Assembly: GCA_003165355.1 (NCBI GenBank)
Contig: PLTG01000021.1
Location: 334 to 64,333, forward strand
Reading direction: 5' to 3'
Length of the DNA stretch: 64,000 bases
DNA from: Candidatus Babelota bacterium
GTDB taxonomy: Bacteria > Babelota > Babeliae > Babelales > Babelaceae
Below are positions 17,168-25,765 of this stretch, in pieces. A program made the position numbers and the translations under genes. The notes beneath the pieces are model-generated. The model was not told the DNA's origin, ran no database searches, and saw only the letters and a list, made by a program, of their open reading frames with translations. How positions within the stretch are numbered: position 1 is the stretch's first letter; every line of letters starts with the position of its first letter.

Positions 17168-17683
17168 TTACTTCGTTGTACCTTTAAGTAATTCGTCTAC
17201 TCGTTTTTGAACCTTTTCGCTTTTTATAGTTGTTTGCGCGTTTAAGACATCTCTAAAAAAAGCGCATGATTCGCAATTGGTTTTTTTGTTTAAGATCCCA
17301 ATCGCATCTTTATGGCGCTTCATGAGTCGATCATTAGTGGGCCAGCTTTCTTTTCGAATGACCCCATCACTGTCTTTTTCTAGCGTTTCAATGAGATATG
17401 TCATAAAATCAAGATCAATGGTGTGACAACCCAGGGCGAGGTAAACTTCGTTTGCTAAGGTAAGAGTTTCACCGAGCCAGCCCTTATAAAGATTTAATCC
17501 ATGGGAAAGAAGGTCATATAAATCATTTTGCTTTTGTGTGCGTTGCTCATCGGGGATAGAGCCTAGTTCTTTTCTAATTTTTTCTATATCGTATTTCTTT
17601 TTAATCGGTTGTTCAGCTGGCAATGCAAAAAGTGGGCTTGATGCTAAAAGAGTTATAACTGATAGTTTTTGTAGTAAGTTCAT
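17168..17683 (-). CDS. secreted hypothetical protein (paralog of 15600..16331)
   Basis: Leader MNLLQKLSVITLLASSPLFA. Shares conserved blocks with 15600..16331, including CH(A/T)I...YL(L/I). Confidence 0.65.
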   Translation of the reverse strand: MNLLQKLSVITLLASSPLFALPAEQPIKKKYDIEKIRKELGSIPDEQRTQKQNDLYDLLSHGLNLYKGWLGETLTLANEVYLALGCHTIDLDFMTYLIETLEKDSDGVIRKESWPTNDRLMKRHKDAIGILNKKTNCESCAFFRDVLNAQTTIKSEKVQKRVDELLKGTTK

Positions 17684-17780
17684 AAAATGCTCTCTTGTTC
17701 TTTAAGAGTTTGTATATATTTCTCTGAACAAGTGTACGGCGATTATCAATTTTGTCGATTATTGAGAACAAAAACTAGAA

Positions 17781-18221
17781 CTATTTTTTAGGCCGGGAAA
17801 AATACCAGTAGCTGCCTTTTGCGATAATGACGGGCTTTTTCAAGGTCTTGATATAAAATTGCGGGTCATATTCTTGCACCGCTTTTTCAAAGGTCGGCAG
17901 CACTTGAAAGGCACTTATTTTCCCCATGTTCCGTTGGCGTAAATTTTGCAACGTGAGCCCAAGCTTTTTAACTGGTTCTTTTTTTGAGGTGATCAGCGTT
18001 GAAAGATATGTATCGCACCATTCATTAAATGACAAGCTTGGGATAGCGCCTTTTTGCAAGAGCGATTTTATCTCATCAATAACTGCCGCTTCTTTAGATT
18101 GCTTTAAAGCAGCATTGTTTGCTGGTGCTTTGTTTGCAAGAGGTTTCATTCTGCAAGCAAGTTGTTGGCTAAAAGACAGGGGAAAAATAACCATGAGAGA
18201 TAGCGATACTATTTTATTCAT
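17781..18221 (-). CDS. secreted hypothetical protein (paralog of 18218..18604)
   Basis: ATG at 18221 gives the leader MNKIVSLSLMVIFPLSFS. This start overlaps the upstream stop as ATGA. Blocks TFEKAVQEYDPQF and IIAKGSYWY align with TFTKAVKVHNPDF and IVAAGTQWW in the neighbour. Confidence 0.65.
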   Translation of the reverse strand: MNKIVSLSLMVIFPLSFSQQLACRMKPLANKAPANNAALKQSKEAAVIDEIKSLLQKGAIPSLSFNEWCDTYLSTLITSKKEPVKKLGLTLQNLRQRNMGKISAFQVLPTFEKAVQEYDPQFYIKTLKKPVIIAKGSYWYFSRPKK

Positions 18222-18604
18222 GAGCGTCTCCACCATTGCGTGCCCGCAGCCACAATTTTTATGCCCTCGAGCAAGCCTAATGAGAAATCTGGGTTGTGCA
18301 CTTTAACTGCTTTGGTAAACGTTGAAAGAGCTTTGCGTCCTTCAATCTCACTATATTGCCCTTTATGAAGGGAATCGAGCAATTTCGCCAATTCAAGTAT
18401 ATCTTGGCTTTCTGATTTTCCTAAAACCTCAGCTTGCTCTGCAATCCACTTGTGAAGTGGTGCATCAGGAACTTGTGCATTTTTAAGAAGTTGCTCTATT
18501 TCAGCTATCTTTTGTTTTTCTTGTTCAATGGATGTAATTTCGAGCGTATTTGCATGAAGAACATTAAGAAACAGTAATGATAAAAAAGTAATTTTTTGGG
18601 TCAT
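18218..18604 (-). CDS. secreted hypothetical protein (paralog of 17781..18221)
   Basis: Leader MTQKITFLSLLFLNVLHA. Alignable along its full length with the downstream neighbour. Confidence 0.65.
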   Translation of the reverse strand: MTQKITFLSLLFLNVLHANTLEITSIEQEKQKIAEIEQLLKNAQVPDAPLHKWIAEQAEVLGKSESQDILELAKLLDSLHKGQYSEIEGRKALSTFTKAVKVHNPDFSLGLLEGIKIVAAGTQWWRRS

Positions 18605-18622
18605 GAGGTCTACTCCAACAAA

Positions 18623-18710
18623 GTAGCCGTTAACCCTTCGACGCGCTCAGGATGAACGGCCGCTCGCCCTGAGTGAAGCGCAGCGAAATCGAATGGGTAC
18701 GACGGCAAAA
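18623..18710. repeat. GC-rich dispersed repeat, short copy
   Basis: The core gtgaagcgcagcgaaatcgaatgggtacgacggcaaaa (18673-18710) matches 47467-47504 at 36 of 38 positions. The left end tagccgtt...cttcg resembles 47391-47400. Confidence 0.65.
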
Positions 18711-18772
18711 GATAATTTAAAACTCTATTATCTTTATTGAGCGTACCCGAAAATAAATTCCGAAGGCAATAC

Positions 18773-20368
18773 TTACTTGCCAAAGTAGTTTCTTATAAGC
18801 AATAAACTGAGCGTCACGCCAAAACCTGTCCCGATGCATAAGGCCAGAGTAATTCCATAAGAAAGCGTTAGCGGCAAGCAAATCAGGAGTGAAAAGCCTG
18901 CTAACGCCCCGATCAGAGCCGAGGACGCATAGCTTATTTGTGTCCGTACGTGATCCAGGTGATAGCAGCCAGCAGAGAATGAGGTCATGATCATAGCGTC
19001 AGTAATAGGAGAAAAATGGCTCCCCGCAACCGCCCCGGAAAAGAGAGCCCCCAGCACCGGGTATAAATTATTCAAAAAGGTAGGCGATCCGAGTGCAATT
19101 TTATAATAGAGAGGGATGGTTATCGGGAGCATTAACGCGATAGTACCCCAGACCGAACCGGTAGAGGCTGAGATAACAAGACAGGCGATAAATATTAAAA
19201 GAGGTAGATAGGCAACAGAAAGCTCAGTAGGGAGTAACGAGGCCAAATAAGCCCCTGTCTGCAGATCGTTTTTGAGCAACGTGCTCAAGGTCCACGCTAG
19301 TAGAAGAACCAATAACGAATTTTTCATAAGCATAAAGCCATCAAAAAATGCTTGAGCAATATAACGATAGTGCTGAGCGTTATTACGCAAAAACAGGAGC
19401 ACGGTAACAGATACTGCTATCATGCTGGCCACAAAAAGAGCCCAGAAAGGGTCCGCTTGCTGCAATGTTTGCATAAAATATGCAGATCCGCCAAATATAA
19501 CGCTATCACCAGAGTAGGCCACCGCACCTAAAAAGCTCAAAATAAATGTGGCGATGGGCACTATGAAGTCCAATAGGGTCCCCTTAAATTGTTCATCGGC
19601 CGTGGTTGTATAGAGAGCTGGCTTGCCGCCATACAGATTGCCCGTGTTTTGAGCCTCTTGCTCAAAGGTCCTCATGGTCCCGAACGAAAGATTGCAGGAG
19701 ACGATTATCCAAGCGGAAAAGACTATAAGTAATGGATATAAAATGAAGGGGATACATGAGATGTAGACAAAAAGGGAATCTTGTTGGACAAGAGCATCAT
19801 GGTTGCTTTGACTAATGCCTGAGGCTCGCATTTGGGCCAATATAAAGGCTACCCAGCTACTTGCAGGGACAAGTATGCATAAAGGGCCGCTCATAGAATC
19901 GAGCAAGAATGCCAGTTTAGCGCGGGCGATCTTGAAATGGTCCGTTACTGGCCGCATAATCGCACCGACGGTGAGGTTGTTCACGTAGTCATCGATAAAA
20001 AGGGTGCTTGAAAGCACAAGGGATGTCTGCTGGGCCGCACGCTTGGTTTTAATAAAAGTGAGCAAAAATTTGGTATAGGCCCTGATACCCCCTGAATGGT
20101 TCATAAGCTGAATGAGTACCCCTAAAAAAAGTAAAAAGCTAAAGGTGTAGACATGGTCGAGGGGTCCTTTCGTTACTAAACTGCCCAGATGGGTCTCTTC
20201 AGCAACCCGCTGGATGGCCAGAGTAAGGGCAGAAAGTGGGCTGAAATCTGTAGCTATCAGGCAGGCCATTAATATGCCACTGGTAAGGGATATAAGGACA
20301 TTGCGGGTAGCGATGGTTAAAATAATAACAATAAGTGGCGGTAATGTTGCCAGCCATGGATAAAGCAT
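18773..20368 (-). CDS. NhaC-family Na+/H+ antiporter-like transporter
   Basis: 531-aa polytopic membrane protein. GSHFSPITDAMIMTSFSAGCYHLDHVRTQ resembles the NhaC C-terminal signature (GDHCSPISDTTIxSS...HVxTQ). Confidence 0.7.
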   Translation of the reverse strand: MLYPWLATLPPLIVIILTIATRNVLISLTSGILMACLIATDFSPLSALTLAIQRVAEETHLGSLVTKGPLDHVYTFSFLLFLGVLIQLMNHSGGIRAYTKFLLTFIKTKRAAQQTSLVLSSTLFIDDYVNNLTVGAIMRPVTDHFKIARAKLAFLLDSMSGPLCILVPASSWVAFILAQMRASGISQSNHDALVQQDSLFVYISCIPFILYPLLIVFSAWIIVSCNLSFGTMRTFEQEAQNTGNLYGGKPALYTTTADEQFKGTLLDFIVPIATFILSFLGAVAYSGDSVIFGGSAYFMQTLQQADPFWALFVASMIAVSVTVLLFLRNNAQHYRYIAQAFFDGFMLMKNSLLVLLLAWTLSTLLKNDLQTGAYLASLLPTELSVAYLPLLIFIACLVISASTGSVWGTIALMLPITIPLYYKIALGSPTFLNNLYPVLGALFSGAVAGSHFSPITDAMIMTSFSAGCYHLDHVRTQISYASSALIGALAGFSLLICLPLTLSYGITLALCIGTGFGVTLSLLLIRNYFGK

Positions 20369-20525
20369 AAAAAGCCTTTTAAAAGTTGACCAATAAGTAC
20401 TTTTTTATTACAGTGAATAGTACCCCTGTAAGTTTTTAAGCAGTATAACAAAAAAGTGCGTTAAGCGCACCAATATACGCAAAATGCATACAATATGCGC
20501 TCTGCGTCTTCTAAGGTACTTTAAT

Positions 20526-20963
20526 ATGGATATGAATAAATCATTTTTCTTACGTAGCGAAAAACATACCCCAGAATGGCGTGTTATTGATGCTCAAGGA
20601 CAAGTTGTTGGTCGTCTTGCGACTCAGATCGCTGATATTTTGCGCGGCAAAAACACCGCTCAATACACCCCGCATGCTGATGGCGGCGATTATGTAGTGG
20701 TAATTAACGCAAGTAAAGTTGTCTTTACAGGTAATAAATTACAAGATAAAAAATATGAGTGGTACACCGGTTACATGGGTGGTCTTAAATCTCTTACCGC
20801 TCAAGAGATGATGAAACGTAATCCAGAAGACGTTTTAATTAAGGCAGTTAAAGGTATGCTTCCTAAAAATAAACTTGCTGATGCGATTATCAAAAAATTA
20901 AAAGTATACGCTGGTTCTGAACATCCGCACCAAGCACAAGTTACTAAAGCTGTAGCTGAGTAA
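20526..20963 (+). CDS. rplM: 50S ribosomal protein L13
   Basis: The WRVIDAQGQVVGRLATQIADILRGK pattern is typical of L13. The start is placed at MDMNKS (20526), with 20532 an alternative. The track ORF starts at 20484. Confidence 0.95.
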   Translation: MDMNKSFFLRSEKHTPEWRVIDAQGQVVGRLATQIADILRGKNTAQYTPHADGGDYVVVINASKVVFTGNKLQDKKYEWYTGYMGGLKSLTAQEMMKRNPEDVLIKAVKGMLPKNKLADAIIKKLKVYAGSEHPHQAQVTKAVAE

Positions 20964-20984
20964 TTGTTACTTTAAAGATTATTA

Positions 20985-21014
20985 AAAAGGCCCGGAAATT
21001 TTCCGGGCCTTTTT
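20985..21014 (+). terminator. rho-independent terminator after rplM
   Basis: Hairpin ggcccggaa-attt-ttccgggcc followed by ttttt. Confidence 0.75.
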
Positions 21015-21175
21015 AATAAAAAAATAATTTAATAATAAAAGCGTCCTACGCCTCTGTATAGTTCTCTTTTTTAAGTATAACTCATACGGCTTTTAAAAGG
21101 TAATAATTTAATTTGTCCCTAAAATATTGAAATGTGGCGAGTTCGGAGGTTATACTTAAAGTAAGTAGTTAATTT

Positions 21176-22078
21176 TTGATATTGGCAAAAGGGGAAGTGG
21201 TGTCTTGCAGAGTATTTTTAACATTTCTGATCTTATTTTCAGGTTCGCGCCTGCAAGGTGCGTTAGACCCTAAGGATAGTGCATTGGATTCTTTTGATGT
21301 TAAAGTGGTCGGTGATCCAGCAGGTAATAAGACATTTGGCACTCTCATAAAAGAATCTGTTGATCAAAAAAAGGATTTCTTCATAGTAGCTGTAAAAGCT
21401 GATGGCTCCCCGAAGTATGATTATTTTTATCTACCGAACTTTCTCGAGCATTATTTAACGAAAGATAATCAAAATTCCCGCGATGCAGTTGAAGACTTTG
21501 TCTTGATGCGAAACCCAGAATTCAAAGTATATGTCTATAGCCCCGGAAAAGGGGCTGCAGAATATGACAAGAAGAACTTTACGTTACGCGATACTTATAA
21601 ATCAGTCTACGATTTTATTGTCGGTTCAGAGAAGCTGGGGAAAGAGATAGAGCTCGATGAGCAATTCTTAAACCACTTAAAGCAAGAGATTTTTTCATTT
21701 AATCGGACCCCATTTAGTGATGCTGAAACGACTATTGATGGCATAAAGCTGAATCTTGCTCTCTATTATATAGCGCTTCTCTATTTCCCGGCGTATATTA
21801 ATAGTAAAAATTATTCTGAAAGTACTAAAAAACTGTTAAAAGATGAGGCTGATAAGCTTATTCAGGAGCTTAAAAAGAGTACCTCTAAAAAGACACTGGC
21901 AGCTACTGCAACACTCACCACCGCTATGCAGGAGCTTGAAGGAAAGACGGCAGCACCAGAAGCCAAACCGGAAGTTAAGCCTGAAGTAAAAAAAGATGAT
22001 ACAAAAAAGAGCGATACAAAGAGTGATGAAAAAAGTAAAGATACTCCCAAACAGACAGAGACCCATGAAAATAAATAG
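21176..22078 (+). CDS. secreted hypothetical protein with Lys/Glu/Thr-rich tail
   Basis: Leader-like CRVFLTFLILFSGSRLQGA. The start is uncertain: TTG at 21176, or GTG at 21197/21200 behind aaggggaa. C-terminal low-complexity tail PEAKPEVKPEVKKDDTKKSDTKSDEKSKD. Confidence 0.6.
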   Translation: MILAKGEVVSCRVFLTFLILFSGSRLQGALDPKDSALDSFDVKVVGDPAGNKTFGTLIKESVDQKKDFFIVAVKADGSPKYDYFYLPNFLEHYLTKDNQNSRDAVEDFVLMRNPEFKVYVYSPGKGAAEYDKKNFTLRDTYKSVYDFIVGSEKLGKEIELDEQFLNHLKQEIFSFNRTPFSDAETTIDGIKLNLALYYIALLYFPAYINSKNYSESTKKLLKDEADKLIQELKKSTSKKTLAATATLTTAMQELEGKTAAPEAKPEVKPEVKKDDTKKSDTKSDEKSKDTPKQTETHENK

Positions 22079-23114
22079 ATTTTTTTATGTAGGGATGATT
22101 ATTTTATCCCAAAACTTAATAGTCTCGGCTGACGAGATCGATTTTAACTCAATTAATACCTATAAAGGCCAAGAGATAACTGCCGAAAATATCCTTGAAC
22201 TGGCGCCCAAGCCGCCACTGGCCCTTGAAAATAAGGTCCAAAAATTTCTCAGAGAAAGGCCCCGCGTAGCGCATATTCTTTCAGGAGCTGATTATTACAA
22301 GACTATTGGATCTTCCGATAAAGCTCCGTACAGTTTAGATCTCTCACAAAATTCACCCGATACACCTATTATTGCTGGTTACTTTGGTCCCATAAAAAAT
22401 GCCTTGCACGCGGCCGGTATACACAATTGGCGAGGTCAGAATTTTGTTATACCGCTTGATGATACTATCATTAAAGCGAGCGGTTTTTCTAATCGGCGTG
22501 AAAATATCAATGCCTATCTGCGCCAAACCGATCCAACTCAAAGCTATGGAAAGTCCATTACTCCCGCACAGTTAGAGAAGTTTAAAAACGAGGTCGGCCA
22601 GACTACGTATCAAACAATCAGCCGTATTGCCTATTGGCTGCGAATAAAAGAGATAAAGGCGGCGTTAAACCTTGATCGAATCTGCGTGCCCGACAAATAT
22701 TTAATACGTATCCCTGGAAGACCTGCTGAGGTGAATGACACCAATTATGTGGTAGGTGAAGCTGCCTTAAGAGGCGCAAAGCCCTTCGATCAGACTGATC
22801 TGGTTGAAGACCCGGAAGTGATCCTGCAATTGATGCAGGTGATTGGGTATGCGAATTTATGGGATATCAATTCGAATAATATTCTTGCATTGAACGGCCA
22901 GGCCTGTATTGTCGATACTGAACAGCCCAATGTCGCCGTTCCTACTAACTTTTTCCTTAAAGACTTAAAGGGTCAAAAGGGTATTGGGCGTCATGGATGG
23001 TGTGAATTGGGAAATAATATTATACAGCCTTATGGGGAACAACATCCTGAATGCGATTTAACTCAAGTTAAAACCTTGAAAAAATTAATGGAAGAAAGTA
23101 TTCAACAGGCTTAA
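22065..23114 (+). CDS. secreted protein with protein-kinase-like catalytic-loop motifs
   Basis: ATG at 22065 gives the leader MKINRFFYVGMIILSQNLIVSA and overlaps the upstream stop by 14 nt. LWDINSNNILAL...CIVDTEQ resembles the kinase-fold catalytic loop (D-x4-N) plus the metal-binding Asp. Confidence 0.65.
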   Translation: MKINRFFYVGMIILSQNLIVSADEIDFNSINTYKGQEITAENILELAPKPPLALENKVQKFLRERPRVAHILSGADYYKTIGSSDKAPYSLDLSQNSPDTPIIAGYFGPIKNALHAAGIHNWRGQNFVIPLDDTIIKASGFSNRRENINAYLRQTDPTQSYGKSITPAQLEKFKNEVGQTTYQTISRIAYWLRIKEIKAALNLDRICVPDKYLIRIPGRPAEVNDTNYVVGEAALRGAKPFDQTDLVEDPEVILQLMQVIGYANLWDINSNNILALNGQACIVDTEQPNVAVPTNFFLKDLKGQKGIGRHGWCELGNNIIQPYGEQHPECDLTQVKTLKKLMEESIQQA

Positions 23115-23117
23115 TAG

Positions 23118-23150
23118 AAAAAAGGGGGGACTTTTTGAGCCCCCCCTTTT
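23118..23150. terminator. bidirectional terminator
   Basis: Sequence aaaaaa-gggggg-actttttgag-ccccccc-ttttttt lies between convergent genes. Confidence 0.5.
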
Positions 23151-23169
23151 TTTCTAAAAAATAGAGAAA

Positions 23170-23442
23170 TTAATTACAACCTCTATGCAGTTGTGCAATA
23201 ATAGCAACTTTATATTGAGGACAGGCTGCAAGCACTTCATCTACTTTACCATAGAGAAGTGACATTTTTGCATCATATTTTTCTTCTGTTTCTGCACTAT
23301 AGACTTTCTGGTAGTTTTTTTGAGCTCTAATTGCAGCGTCAGCAAATTGTGTAAGTTCTGCAAGCATTTCTTCGCAATTGATCGCGCAGATAGGTAAAGC
23401 CAATAGCGCTGTGAGTACTGTTACTATAAGTTTATAATTCAT
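23170..23442 (-). CDS. small secreted hypothetical protein
   Basis: 90-aa ORF with leader MNYKLIVTVLTALLALPICA. Confidence 0.55.
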   Translation of the reverse strand: MNYKLIVTVLTALLALPICAINCEEMLAELTQFADAAIRAQKNYQKVYSAETEEKYDAKMSLLYGKVDEVLAACPQYKVAIIAQLHRGCN

Positions 23443-23517
23443 AATGATACCTTTTATTTTTAAATTACTCGTACAATATTCATAAGTTTATCATATTTGA
23501 ATTATTTGTAAGCCTGG

Positions 23518-24666
23518 TTAAAGACCAAGATAGGGCTTGGCGATAGCTAAAATGTCTTGGATGGTTATCCAGCAGATCAGGATAATTAACAGAATCCAGG
23601 TGGCGTAGGCGATGCCATTTCGGATAGATTCATGAAGCGGTCTGCCAATAATTGCCTCGATGGTATAAAAAAGTGCCTGTCCACCATCAAAGACCGGAAG
23701 TGGTATCAGGTTCATAACGGCTAAATTCACACTGATAAAGGCTAAAAAGAGTAGAAAGATAACAAACCCTTTTTCAGCCCCTTTAACCATTTGCGTAATA
23801 ACCATAACGGGCCCGCCAATGCCTTTAACTGTTTTTTCTCTAAAAAGCTTGGTAAGTGCGTCTATCGTTGAGTATATCCAAAAATTAACTTGTTTTATCC
23901 CCATGGCAACCGCATGTATAAAACTTGGCGCTTTTACGGGAGCAAATTCAAATGATACCCCTAGGCCCTTGTCATTAAGAGTGACGGGCACATCGCGAGA
24001 AACAGATTCTGCATTTTCAGTGCGCGCAATGCGTAAAACCACCTCTTTACCGCGTTGCTGAGAGAGTGTCTGCATAAGATTTTGCATGAAAATTGGCTCT
24101 GAAAATACATTGCCACTGTATGTATATTCCACATCAGAACGTATATCAAATTTAATGCCCTCTATCTTATCGCCAGCGATGAGACCTGCTTGAGCAGCTG
24201 GAGAGTCCTCAGATACCTTCTGGATGGTCGAAGATGCACTGTGAGGGAATAAAAGGGGTGTCTCTGGAGCTCCTATTGCCATAACCAGGATAACTGCTGC
24301 ATAGGCAAATATCAGGTTAAAAAGTATGCCGCCAGCGATAATGAGCATTTTTTGATAATAGGGTTTAACGGCAAATGAATCAGGCGCGAGGCTTTTGCTC
24401 TCTTTTTGTTCACCCTGACCAGGCTCTTCTGATCCGGCGATTTCAACATATCCTCCAAAAGGGATGGCTGAAAGGGTAAAGACGGTGTCGCCTATCTTCT
24501 TTTTAAGCAGCTGTGGCCCGAACCCGATAGAAAAAGAGGGTGTCTTTACTCCAAAGAGCTTACAGAAGAGAAAATGGCCCAACTCATGAAAACCGACCAA
24601 AAAGCCAAAGCCTAAGCCGCCGGCAATGAAAAAGGGAAGTGAGGTAATAAGTGCAGAAAGTTGCAT
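23518..24666 (-). CDS. rseP: RIP metalloprotease RseP (site-2 protease, M50)
   Basis: HELGHFLF (HExxH) in the first TM segment, a PDZ-like middle region, and a C-terminal NLIPLPVFDGG motif. Confidence 0.92.
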   Translation of the reverse strand: MQLSALITSLPFFIAGGLGFGFLVGFHELGHFLFCKLFGVKTPSFSIGFGPQLLKKKIGDTVFTLSAIPFGGYVEIAGSEEPGQGEQKESKSLAPDSFAVKPYYQKMLIIAGGILFNLIFAYAAVILVMAIGAPETPLLFPHSASSTIQKVSEDSPAAQAGLIAGDKIEGIKFDIRSDVEYTYSGNVFSEPIFMQNLMQTLSQQRGKEVVLRIARTENAESVSRDVPVTLNDKGLGVSFEFAPVKAPSFIHAVAMGIKQVNFWIYSTIDALTKLFREKTVKGIGGPVMVITQMVKGAEKGFVIFLLFLAFISVNLAVMNLIPLPVFDGGQALFYTIEAIIGRPLHESIRNGIAYATWILLIILICWITIQDILAIAKPYLGL

Positions 24667-24768
24667 AGATACTCCTGATTGAGATAATTAATAAAAAAAT
24701 TATTTACTTAGCCTATCATAAAAAAAACGTATTTACATGAAATAGAGAGAGTTCTTAAAATTGACCAC

Positions 24769-24796
24769 TTGAAAAAATTAGCAAAAAAGTTACAAT
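24769..24796 (+). promoter_or_regulatory. candidate sigma70 promoter of the str operon
   Basis: TTGAAA (24769-24774), 16-nt spacer, TACAAT (24791-24796). Lies about 75 nt upstream of rpsL. Confidence 0.35.
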
Positions 24797-24871
24797 TAAA
24801 GGAAGTGTCTACCTTTTTTATAGTAGAAAAATTATTAATTACACCATTAAAACGTATGGATATATAGAACT

Positions 24872-25255
24872 ATGCCTACAATTAATCAGCTTGTTCGCCA
24901 AGGGCGTGTTAAACCGCGCTATAAATCAAAAAGCCCTGCGCTCGAAGGATGTCCTCAAGCGCGTGGTGTTTGTACTCGTGTGTTTACTCAAACACCGAAA
25001 AAACCAAACTCTGCATTACGTAAAGTTGCTCGTGTTAAGTTATCAACTGGCATGGAAGTAACCGCTTACATCGGCGGGGAAGGGCACAATCTTCAAGAAC
25101 ACTCCGTAGTCTTAGTGCGCGGTGGTAGGGTAAAAGATTTGCCTGGTGTTAAATATCATATCGTACGTGGTGCTCTTGACTGTGCTGGTGTTGATAAACG
25201 TCGTCAAGGTCGTTCATTGTATGGTGCTAAACGTCCAAAAGCTAAAGCTAAATAA
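24872..25255 (+). CDS. rpsL: 30S ribosomal protein S12
   Basis: MPTINQLVR...[15 protein letters not shown]. Confidence 0.98.
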   Translation: MPTINQLVRQGRVKPRYKSKSPALEGCPQARGVCTRVFTQTPKKPNSALRKVARVKLSTGMEVTAYIGGEGHNLQEHSVVLVRGGRVKDLPGVKYHIVRGALDCAGVDKRRQGRSLYGAKRPKAKAK

Positions 25256-25264
25256 GGTATAAAT

Positions 25265-25747
25265 ATGGCACGTCGTAAATCCGTAAATTTTATAAGAGAA
25301 ATTGAACCAGACGTTCGTTATGGTTCTCAAGATGTTCAAAAGCTCATTAATATTGTAATGTGGCGTGGTAAGAAGAATGCCGCTCGTACTATTGTCTACG
25401 ATGCATTAGATATTCTTACTAAAAAAAGTTCAGGCGATCAAAATAAAGCACTTACTATGTTTGCTCGCGCGCTTGAACAGATTACTCCTGTTATTGAAGT
25501 CCGCCCTCGCCGTGTAGGTGGTAGCGTTTATCAGATCCCTACAGAAGTAACTGCTCATCGTGGTAGATCACTTGCCTATCGTTGGTTGATCTCCGCTGCA
25601 GCAAGCCGTGGTGATAAAACTATGGGTGAGCGTTTAGCTCATGAACTGGTTGAGGCATATGAAGGTCGTGGTAACGCCATGAAGAAAAAGCTTGATGTGC
25701 ACAAAATGGCAGAAGCAAACCGCGCATTTTCACACTTCTCTTGGTAA
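25265..25747 (+). CDS. rpsG: 30S ribosomal protein S7
   Basis: The VEVRPRRVGGSVYQIP block is typical of S7. Confidence 0.98.
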   Translation: MARRKSVNFIREIEPDVRYGSQDVQKLINIVMWRGKKNAARTIVYDALDILTKKSSGDQNKALTMFARALEQITPVIEVRPRRVGGSVYQIPTEVTAHRGRSLAYRWLISAAASRGDKTMGERLAHELVEAYEGRGNAMKKKLDVHKMAEANRAFSHFSW

Positions 25748-25765
25748 CGAAAGGGAAGTACCTTT

